Shown here: one piece after another, positions 57,094 through 64,000 of the stretch
How positions within the stretch are numbered: position 1 is the first letter of the stretch
Layout of the letters: each line of letters opens with the position of its first letter
NCBI GenBank assembly: GCA_036386795.1
Contig: DASVUZ010000062.1
Span: 23,710-87,709 of the forward strand
Origin: Allosphingosinicella sp.
GTDB taxonomy: Bacteria; Pseudomonadota; Alphaproteobacteria; Sphingomonadales; Sphingomonadaceae
Length of the DNA stretch: 64,000 nt
Reading direction: 5' to 3'
Made by a program: the position numbers and the translations under genes
Notes under the pieces: generated by a model
The model's database searches: none
The model's input: the letters and a program-made list of their open reading frames with translations, nothing else
Told to the model about the DNA's origin: nothing

Positions 57094-58125
57094 TCAGCCG
57101 AAGGACAAGCTGAGGAAATTGTCGGTGCCGTGTTGGTTCGAACCGAACCGCACCTTATAGTCCGGACCCAGCGCGGCGGCGTGCGTCTCTGCGCTCGCGG
57201 GATCAGGGTGAAGTCCGGCAAAATGCCAAGGAGCAGAGCGCACGACGCCGTAGCCGCGATACCAGCCGGGATTGGAGGCATCGAGGAAGGGCATCAGGTT
57301 CTGAATCGGAAACCCACCGAACCACAGGCCGAAGCCCACGCCCCAGCCGCTTTCGTCGGGCTCGATACTCGAGCTGACCAGTCCGACGATCTCACCGGCC
57401 TCGTTGAACAAGGGACCGCCACTCATCCCCGAGCGCCAATTCGCCTTGAGCTCGACGATCGGCCAAGGACGTGACTGGCCGAGCCCCTGCGGATGGATGG
57501 CTACGACCTCCCCGATCGCGCCGTACATCCGCTCGACGTATCGGGGCTGCTTGGGCAGCGGTTCATCCTGTACCAATCCGAGTTCGGGGTATCCGATTGC
57601 CAGAAGGCGGTCGCCTATCGCCGGAGGTGTGCCCGAGCAGCGCAACGGCAGCGGCGCCAGCCGCTTCGCACGTTCTTCAGACTGAATAGCGAGGCTGAGC
57701 CGCAGGCAGTCCGCCAGGATCTTCGAACCGCTCTTGCCGGAGACGAAGTTGTGAAACGGATCCTGCGGACTCAGGTCGACGAAGCCATGCATGCCATTCA
57801 ACGGCGCGAACAGCTCCTGTGGCAATCCGACCGTCCCAAAGACGATGCCGATGTTGAGCATCGCGACCGGTATCTCCTCGAACTCCGGCGGCGGCTTTGC
57901 GAGGTCGACATGCTCGAAGATGTGCTGCGCGGTGAGGAAGCCGCGGAATGGATCAGCGCAGAAGGCTGTGCCGAGGCCGGTCAGATGCCCGGTCTTACGA
58001 TTGACGGAAAGCAATGGGAGAATTGATTCGCGCACTCCGAACGGATCCTCGATACGAAACTCCGCCGGGTCTTGGTCGGACTTGGGAAGGACTGGGAATG
58101 GCACGCGACAGAAACCTCCCTCCAA
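57094..58125 (-). CDS. Trypsin-like serine protease
   Basis: LTAQH (His), ADCLRL (Asp candidate), GMSGGP (Ser); no signal peptide. Confidence 0.85.
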   Translation of the reverse strand: MEGGFCRVPFPVLPKSDQDPAEFRIEDPFGVRESILPLLSVNRKTGHLTGLGTAFCADPFRGFLTAQHIFEHVDLAKPPPEFEEIPVAMLNIGIVFGTVGLPQELFAPLNGMHGFVDLSPQDPFHNFVSGKSGSKILADCLRLSLAIQSEERAKRLAPLPLRCSGTPPAIGDRLLAIGYPELGLVQDEPLPKQPRYVERMYGAIGEVVAIHPQGLGQSRPWPIVELKANWRSGMSGGPLFNEAGEIVGLVSSSIEPDESGWGVGFGLWFGGFPIQNLMPFLDASNPGWYRGYGVVRSAPWHFAGLHPDPASAETHAAALGPDYKVRFGSNQHGTDNFLSLSFG

Positions 58126-58203
58126 TGCCTTATCGTCGATGCGATGAGGCTCTCACTCCGCGGCCATCGCTTGGCGGATATTGACGACCACGCCTAAGCA
58201 ACT

Positions 58204-59148
58204 TTGGTGATCTCGCTCCACGCCTTTGTTGACGATTCCACAAGCGACGTCGATGATCGCCGCCTGTTCCTCGCCGCCTACATTAACGGGGCTGGCCCCT
58301 GGATCGATTTCGGTCATGAATGGCGTGCAGCGCTCGCCGAGCCCCCGGGCATCGCTTATCTGAAGATGGCGGAAGCGCAGAATCTGAGAGGCGAGTTCAA
58401 AGGCTGGTCGGCGACCGATCGGGACTCAAAGATCCTTCGCCTGGCGCACGTGATCGCGGCGAGTCGGCCTTGGTCGGTATATTGCTCGGTCAGCCGGAGG
58501 GACTATGCGCGGATCGTAGCGCCGGCCGCGCCCTATCCGCTCAAACAGCCTTATTTCTGCTGCTTCTGGGGGATCATTCGTACGTCGGCCGATTACCATC
58601 TGCACCTCGATAACGACCGTCCCGCCGACACTCACCCCATTCCGCCGCTTCAATACGTGTTCGACGAGCAAGGCGGGCTCGGGACCGATGCGGCGCTCTG
58701 GTATGCGTGGCTCAAGCAGACACAGGAACCGCCGATCGCCGCGCTGATGGGCGATCAGCCTATTTTCGGCGACGACAAAGCCATGATGGGACTGCAGGCG
58801 GCGGACATGCTCGCCTGGCACGTGCGGCGGCGGCACGAGCGCGGCCCGGACGGCCTTCAACCGATCCTCGACCTGCTGCTCGGAGACGGCGCCTGTCGGG
58901 AAGTCGACGCTGCGGCGCTTGAGCTATGGGCTAGGGAATTTCGTCGCATACCTGGGGTCGCTGGTGTCCAAACGAAGCGGGAGTGGCACGAGACCCGAGC
59001 TGCGGCACTAGCAGCTATTGAGGCTGGCGAGTCTCCCCCGGCTACGAGCTTGGCACGTCTGCGCTGGCTGAGTTTCAAGGTAGCTTGGCGTCGGCTGGCG
59101 AAAGGCTGGCGACGTCGCGTTCGACGAAGGAACCGACGGAGCCGTTAG
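58204..59148 (+). CDS. DUF3800 family protein
   Basis: AFVDDS at the N-terminus, YVFDEQ, GLQAADMLAW; basic C-terminal tail. Confidence 0.8.
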   Translation: MVISLHAFVDDSTSDVDDRRLFLAAYINGAGPWIDFGHEWRAALAEPPGIAYLKMAEAQNLRGEFKGWSATDRDSKILRLAHVIAASRPWSVYCSVSRRDYARIVAPAAPYPLKQPYFCCFWGIIRTSADYHLHLDNDRPADTHPIPPLQYVFDEQGGLGTDAALWYAWLKQTQEPPIAALMGDQPIFGDDKAMMGLQAADMLAWHVRRRHERGPDGLQPILDLLLGDGACREVDAAALELWAREFRRIPGVAGVQTKREWHETRAAALAAIEAGESPPATSLARLRWLSFKVAWRRLAKGWRRRVRRRNRRSR

Positions 59149-59184
59149 CGCCCCGGTTTTCGTTCCTGACATTGTGGACGGCAG

Positions 59185-59206
59185 GTGAGGTAACAAACGA
59201 GGGAAC
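59185..59206 (+). promoter_or_regulatory. Putative integrase arm-type site (right end)
   Basis: GTGAGGTAACAAACGAGGGAAC, 16/22 identical to the left site. Confidence 0.5.
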
Positions 59207-59248
59207 GGTGCCACTTTCACCGCCATTTTCTCTCACAAAGTACCGCAG

Positions 59249-59268
59249 CCTCCGTCTCCGCCAGAGCC
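59249..59268 (+). repeat. attR core (duplicated tRNA-Ser 3' end)
   Basis: CCTCCGTCTCCGCCAGAGCC, identical to 20696-20715. Confidence 0.92.
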
Positions 59269-59324
59269 TCGCCGCCGGACTGCGCCCGCGGCCCGTTCGG
59301 CCCGCCCGATGCGAGGGGCGAGGA

Positions 59325-60023
59325 TCAGGCGCCGGCGCCGCCCTCAAGCGAATAGCCCGCCGAGCGGACCGTCCGGATGAGATCGGGGCGGCCGCCCTCG
59401 TTCAGGGCCTTGCGGATCCGGCGGATGTGGACGTCGACGGTGCGCAGGTCGAGGTCGGAGCCCTCGGCCCAGACGGTGTCCAGCAGCCCTTCGCGGGTGA
59501 AGACCCGGCCCGGGCTTTCCATGAAGTGGCGAAGAAGCCGGAATTCCGACGGCGTGAGGTGGACCGGGCTTCCGCCGCGCCAGACCCGGTAGCTGGCGAG
59601 GTCCATCTCCAGGTCCTCGAAGGTCAGGGTCCCGCCGGCCAGCGCCGGCCGGACCCGCCTCAGCACGGCCGCGACCCGGGCGAGCATCTCCTTGGGCGAG
59701 AAAGGCTTGGTGATGTAATCGTCGGCGCCGGTGTCGAGTCCCCGGATCCGGTCGGTCTCCTCGCCCCGGGCCGTCATCATGATGACGGGGATCTGCCTCG
59801 CCTTCGGCATTCTCGCCAGCTGGCGGCAGACCTCGATCCCCGACGTGCCCTCGATCATCCAGTCGAGCAGGACGAGATCGGGGGCGGACTCGCGCACCAG
59901 CAGAAGGGCCTCGTCGCCGCTCGCCGTCTGCCGGGTCTCGTAGCCCGCCTTGTCGAGATGGAAGCGGATCAGCTCGACGAGCGCCCGGTCGTCCTCGACC
60001 AGAAGGATCCGGCCGCGGGTCAC
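59325..60023 (-). CDS. phoB: Phosphate regulon response regulator
   Basis: GTG start overlapping the phoU stop; ILLVEDD, LLDWM, GADDYITKPF, RTVDVHIRR. Confidence 0.93.
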   Translation of the reverse strand: MTRGRILLVEDDRALVELIRFHLDKAGYETRQTASGDEALLLVRESAPDLVLLDWMIEGTSGIEVCRQLARMPKARQIPVIMMTARGEETDRIRGLDTGADDYITKPFSPKEMLARVAAVLRRVRPALAGGTLTFEDLEMDLASYRVWRGGSPVHLTPSEFRLLRHFMESPGRVFTREGLLDTVWAEGSDLDLRTVDVHIRRIRKALNEGGRPDLIRTVRSAGYSLEGGAGA

Positions 60024-60724
60024 CTGTCCGCCGCGCCGGTCGTGTCGGCGCCCCGCTCGCGCTCGCCCAAATGGCCGCCGGTGGCGGCGAAATAGACCAT
60101 CTCCGCGATGTTGGTCGCATGGTCCCCGATCCGCTCGAGATTCTTGGCGACGAACAGCAGGTGGGTCGCCGCGGTGATGTTGTTCGGGCTTTCCATCATG
60201 AAGGTGAGAAGCGTGCGGAAGATGGAGTTGTAGAAATCGTCCACGGCCCTGTCGCGCTCGCACACCAAGGCGGCCTGGGCGGAATCGCGGGCGACGAAGG
60301 AATCGAGCGCGCTTCGGACCATCTCGGCGACGATCCGGCCCATTTCGGGGAGAAGCGAGAGCGGCCGCAAATTGGGGCTGTCCTCGATCGCCGGCACCCT
60401 CTTGGCGATGTTCTTGGCATAGTCGCCGATCCGCTCGACGACGCCGACGATCTTGAGCGCCGCGACCACTTCGCGCAGGTCGTCCGCCATCGGCGCCCTG
60501 AGGGCGATGATCTGGACCGCCAGCCGCTCGATCTCGGCCTCCATCGAGTCGATCCTCCGGTCGCCCTCGACGACCTGGCGGGCGGCGTCGGCGTCGCGGC
60601 CGGAGAGCGCTCGCATCGAGGCGGCGATCGCCGCCTCGGCGAGCCCGCCCATCTCGGCGATGCTGGCCCGAAGCTGGTTGAGATCGTCGTCGAAGGCCTT
60701 GAGCGTGTGACCCGTGCTTGCCAT
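60020..60724 (-). CDS. phoU: Phosphate signalling protein PhoU
   Basis: HTLKAFDDDL, RAPMADDLR, ERIGDYAKNIA, LERIGDHATNIAE. Confidence 0.96.
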   Translation of the reverse strand: MASTGHTLKAFDDDLNQLRASIAEMGGLAEAAIAASMRALSGRDADAARQVVEGDRRIDSMEAEIERLAVQIIALRAPMADDLREVVAALKIVGVVERIGDYAKNIAKRVPAIEDSPNLRPLSLLPEMGRIVAEMVRSALDSFVARDSAQAALVCERDRAVDDFYNSIFRTLLTFMMESPNNITAATHLLFVAKNLERIGDHATNIAEMVYFAATGGHLGERERGADTTGAADR

Positions 60725-60735
60725 GTCCAATTCCC

Positions 60736-61563
60736 TCAGCCGTAGCGGCCGGTGATGTAATCCTTGGTCCTCTCGACCCTGGGATTCGTGAAGATCTGCG
60801 ACGTCTCGCCATATTCGACCAGCTCGCCGAGATGGAAAAAGGCCGTTCGCTGCGACACGCGCGCCGCCTGCTGCATGTTGTGGGTGACGATGACGATCGC
60901 GTAGCGGCCGCGGAGCTCGTGGATCAGCTCCTCGATCTTGGCGGTGGCGATCGGGTCGAGGGCCGAGCAGGGCTCGTCCATCAGGATCACCTCCGGATCG
61001 ACGGCGATGGCGCGGGCGATGCACAGCCTTTGCTGCTGGCCGCCGGAGAGTGCGGTGCCGCTTTCGGCGAGTCGGTCCTTAACCTCCTCCCAGAGGCCGG
61101 CGCGCTTCAGCGATCGCTCGACGATGGCGTCGAGCTCCTGCCGCCCCGCCGCAAGCCCGTGGATTCGGGGCCCGTAGGCGACGTTCTCGAAGATCGACTT
61201 GGGGAAGGGATTGGGCTTCTGGAACACCATCCCGACCCGGGCGCGCAGCTGGACCACGTCCATTCCGCTCGAATAGATGTCCTCGCCGTCGAGCTCGATC
61301 GCCCCGCTCACCCGGGCGCTGGCGATGGTGTCGTTCATCCGGTTGAGGGTCCGAAGGAAGGTCGACTTGCCGCAGCCCGATGGCCCGATGAAGGCGGTGA
61401 CATGCTCCTGCCGGACGTCGATCGAAACCTGCCGGATCGCCTGCTTCTCGCCGTACCAGACGTCGACGTCCCGGGCGCTCATCTTCGGCGCCGGAGCCCG
61501 CTCCGCCGGTGCGGCCGCGCCGGGCCCGCTTTCCACTTTCCAGTCCTCGATCATCAACGTCAC
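60736..61563 (-). CDS. pstB: Phosphate ABC transporter ATPase
   Basis: [37 protein letters not shown]. Start GTG 61563 or ATG 61554. Confidence 0.96.
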   Translation of the reverse strand: MTLMIEDWKVESGPGAAAPAERAPAPKMSARDVDVWYGEKQAIRQVSIDVRQEHVTAFIGPSGCGKSTFLRTLNRMNDTIASARVSGAIELDGEDIYSSGMDVVQLRARVGMVFQKPNPFPKSIFENVAYGPRIHGLAAGRQELDAIVERSLKRAGLWEEVKDRLAESGTALSGGQQQRLCIARAIAVDPEVILMDEPCSALDPIATAKIEELIHELRGRYAIVIVTHNMQQAARVSQRTAFFHLGELVEYGETSQIFTNPRVERTKDYITGRYG

Positions 61564-62813
61564 CAGCGCCTCTCGAACCTGTTCCGCAAGTAGATGGCGA
61601 TGCCGTTCATCGCCATCAGGAAGACCAGAAGCACGATGATCGCCGCCGAGGTCTTTTCGACGAAGCCGCGGCTGACCTCGTCCGACCAGAGGAAGATCTG
61701 CACCGGCAGCACCGTCGCCGGATCGGCGAGGCCGCCGGGCGGAGTGGAGATGAAGGCGCGCATTCCGATCATCAGAAGCGGCGCGGTCTCGCCGAGCGCC
61801 CGCGCCATTCCGATGATCGTGCCGGTGAGGATCCCGGGAAGCGCCAGCGGAAGCACGTGATGATAGACGACCTGGATCCGGCTCGCTCCGACTCCGAGCG
61901 CGGCGTCGCGGATCGACGGAGGCACCGACTTGATCGCGTTGCGGCCGGCGATGACGATCACCGGCATGGTCATCAGGGCCAGGGTGAGGCCGCCCACCAG
62001 GGGCGCGGATCGCGGCATGTGCAGGGTGTTGAGGAAGACGGCGAGGCCGAGCAGCCCGAAGATGATCGAGGGCACCGCGGCGAGGTTGTTGATCGACACC
62101 TCGATGAGGTCGGTCCAGCGGTTCCTCGGCGCATATTCCTCGAGATAGACGGCCGACAGGACTCCGACCGGGAAGGCGATGGCGAGCGTGACCAGCATGG
62201 TCAGGAGCGAGCCCTTGAAGGCGCCCCAGATGCCGACGGCGGCCGGATCGGTGGCGTCGGCCGAGGTCAGGAAATCGCCGTTGAAGCGGGTTCGCGCGGA
62301 GTCCCTCGCGCTGAGCTCGGCGTAGGCCCGCTCGGCGGCCGGGTCGCCGTCGCTCTTGGCGGCGATGTCGATTCCGGTGGAGGCTGGAAGCCACAGGCCG
62401 GCGGAGCGGGTGAGCAGCGAGGGATCCGCCTCGATCGAGTCGAGGACGCTTAGCCAGGCCGTATCGGCGAACAGCCTCGCGCCCTCGCGGCCATATTGCG
62501 CCTCGGCCGCCTTCGCGACGATGCCCTGCAGGTCGGATCCGGCGAGAGCCGCCTTGGCTCCGCTCGCCCGGACCGTGGCCGGGTCCAGGAACAAAGGCGC
62601 CCTCGCGAAGTCGATGTCGAGGCGCACCTCGGTCCGGGTGAAGCCGCGGGCGCCGTTCGACACCATGGTGAAGAGGAGCAGCGCCAGGAATCCGGCCGAC
62701 AGAAGGATCGCCCCGAGGCCGATCCAGCGGAAGCGGCGCTCGGCGGCGTAGCGGCGGGCGATCCGGCCGCTCATCTCCGGCGAGCGCCAGTCGGTGGGGG
62801 CTCGGGCGGTCAT
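61560..62813 (-). CDS. pstA: Phosphate ABC transporter permease
   Basis: [30 protein letters not shown]. Confidence 0.95.
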   Translation of the reverse strand: MTARAPTDWRSPEMSGRIARRYAAERRFRWIGLGAILLSAGFLALLLFTMVSNGARGFTRTEVRLDIDFARAPLFLDPATVRASGAKAALAGSDLQGIVAKAAEAQYGREGARLFADTAWLSVLDSIEADPSLLTRSAGLWLPASTGIDIAAKSDGDPAAERAYAELSARDSARTRFNGDFLTSADATDPAAVGIWGAFKGSLLTMLVTLAIAFPVGVLSAVYLEEYAPRNRWTDLIEVSINNLAAVPSIIFGLLGLAVFLNTLHMPRSAPLVGGLTLALMTMPVIVIAGRNAIKSVPPSIRDAALGVGASRIQVVYHHVLPLALPGILTGTIIGMARALGETAPLLMIGMRAFISTPPGGLADPATVLPVQIFLWSDEVSRGFVEKTSAAIIVLLVFLMAMNGIAIYLRNRFERRW

Positions 62814-62986
62814 CCTGCGCGCCCCCTTCCGTCATGCCGGACTTGGTCCGGCATCCACCTTTTCTTCCCGCCGCAGCGGACAGGGAAGGTGGACCCCGGA
62901 TCAAGTCCGGGGTGACGGCCTTGGTCGAGGCCGGGGCGAGGACTCCCGGTCACTGGGCGGTGCCGGCGGTTGCGGTCGTCAGTCAT
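62810..62986 (-). other. 58-codon bridging ORF spanning the REP between pstC and pstA
   Basis: ATG at 62986 lies inside the pstC 3' end; its TGA (62812-62810) overlaps the pstA ATG; frame translated by hand with no internal stop. Confidence 0.45.
62829..62918. repeat. REP-like palindrome (CCGTCATGCCGGACTTG family)
   Basis: CCGTCATGCCGGACTTGGTCCGGCATCCACC pairs with GGTGGACCCCGGATCAAGTCCGGGGTGACGG. Confidence 0.78.
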
Positions 62987-64000
62987 AGGCTTCGCGATAT
63001 TTCTTCACGACGCGAAGGGCGACGATGTTGAGCAGCAGGGTGACGATGAACAGGACCAGGCCGAGCGCGAAGGCGGCGAGGGTCTTGGGGCTGTCGAACT
63101 CCTGGTCGCCGGTCAGAAGCTGGACGATCTGGGTCGTCACGGTGGTGACGCTCGCGAAGGGATTGGCGGTGAGGTTCGCCGAGAGGCCGGCCGCCATCAC
63201 CACGATCATCGTCTCGCCGATGGCGCGGCTGACGGCGAGGAGGACTCCGCCGACGATTCCCGGCAGCGCCGCGGGGACGAGCACCTTTCGGATGGTCTCG
63301 GACGTGGTCGCGCCCATCGCCAGCGATCCGTCGCGCATCGACTGCGGCACCGCCGTCAGCGAATCGTCCGCCATCGAGGAGACGAAGGGAATGATCATGA
63401 TCCCCATGACGAGGCCGGCCGCGAGCGCGCTTTCCGAAGACGAGGGAATTCCGAGCGACTGGCCGAAATCGCGGACCGCCGGGGCGACGGTGAGGGCCGC
63501 GAAATAGCCGTAGACGACGGTCGGAATGCCGGCGAGCATCTCGAGCAGCGGCTTCATCCAGCGGCGCACCACCGGTCGGGCATATTGGGTGAGGTAGATG
63601 GCGCTCATCAGGCCCAGCGGAATGGCGACGATCATGGCGATGATCGCACCGATGAAGACGGTGCCCCAGAAGAGCGGGACGGCGCCGAATGCGCCCGACG
63701 AGCCGGCCTGATCGGCGCGGATCGCCGTTTGCGGGCTCCAGGTCGACCCGAACAGGAACTCGACCGGCGAGACCATGCTGAAGAAGCGCAGCGATTCGAA
63801 AAGAAGCGAGAGGACGATTCCGAGCGTGGTCAGGATCGCGATCAGCGAGGCGAGCAGAAGGGCGAGCATCACCAGACGCTCGACCCGGGTGCGGGCGCGG
63901 AAAGCGGGGCCGATCCGGCTGTAGGCGAAGGCCCCGCCGGCGAAGGCGAGGAGCAGGGCGGCGACGGTTCCGATCAGCCGGTAGCGGGAAAGCGCCGAAT
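62979..64000 (-). CDS. pstC: Phosphate ABC transporter permease (5' end outside the window)
   Basis: FRARTRVER, FGAVPLFWGT, LEMLAGIPTVVYG, SRAIGETMIV. Confidence 0.95.
   Translation of the reverse strand, partial: SALSRYRLIGTVAALLLAFAGGAFAYSRIGPAFRARTRVERLVMLALLLASLIAILTTLGIVLSLLFESLRFFSMVSPVEFLFGSTWSPQTAIRADQAGSSGAFGAVPLFWGTVFIGAIIAMIVAIPLGLMSAIYLTQYARPVVRRWMKPLLEMLAGIPTVVYGYFAALTVAPAVRDFGQSLGIPSSSESALAAGLVMGIMIIPFVSSMADDSLTAVPQSMRDGSLAMGATTSETIRKVLVPAALPGIVGGVLLAVSRAIGETMIVVMAAGLSANLTANPFASVTTVTTQIVQLLTGDQEFDSPKTLAAFALGLVLFIVTLLLNIVALRVVKKYREAYD

Larger units (their letters stand above)
20716..59268. mobile_element. tRNA-Ser-integrated genomic island (~38.5 kb) with copper-resistance and putative defence cargo
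   Basis: Integrase next to the tRNA, perfect 20-bp terminal direct repeat, matching arm-like sites at both ends, accessory cargo, none of the host REP families seen inside. Confidence 0.92.

Noticed and set aside
59325-62904. Apparent 495-aa PhoB and 722-aa PstB N-terminal extensions
   Set aside because: The extensions overlap phoU and pstA in other frames; real starts are at 60023 and about 61563
1-64000. CRISPR array or cas genes
   Set aside because: No regularly spaced repeat-spacer array or Cas motif was seen; the repeats found are palindromic REPs, iterons or coding repeats

Overview
GC-rich alphaproteobacterial DNA. A Sphingomonadales host is inferred from gene content and from the intergenic palindrome families. 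The window has three parts. (1) 1-20.7 kb is core chromosome: a GtrA/GtrB/triple GT-C glycosylation locus with a methyltransferase, marC-folD-yggT, egtB-egtD, a PduO-type adenosyltransferase, gluQ, an HNH nuclease, a TPR-sulfotransferase, an ATP-dependent ligase, DUF1134 and tRNA-Ser(GCT). (2) A ~38.5-kb integrative island sits in the 3' end of tRNA-Ser, bounded by a perfect 20-bp direct repeat (20696-20715 and 59249-59268). Its left end encodes a P4-like integrase, an AlpA/Xis-like HTH and a putative initiator whose own gene carries four iteron-like palindromes followed by an AT-rich tract. Next comes a ~9-kb copper-resistance cluster with a MerR-type promoter. The remaining ~24 kb is dense in putative anti-phage genes that I cannot assign to a named system: MNT-HEPN, Apea-like HEPN, two stand-alone PD-(D/E)xK-like proteins, a 1.25-kaa nuclease/degenerate-NTPase protein, a 1.37-kaa STAND/NACHT protein with a C-terminal nuclease motif, a 2.03-kaa REase-TPR-PIN protein beside a trypsin-like protease, and DUF3800. 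An internal arm-site plus degenerate att copy near 39.5 kb suggests the island is a fusion of two elements. (3) 59.3-64 kb is core pstC-pstA-pstB-phoU-phoB; a palindromic repeat at the pstC/pstA junction lies inside a 58-codon bridging ORF. No database searches were run; all family calls come from motifs read by eye.
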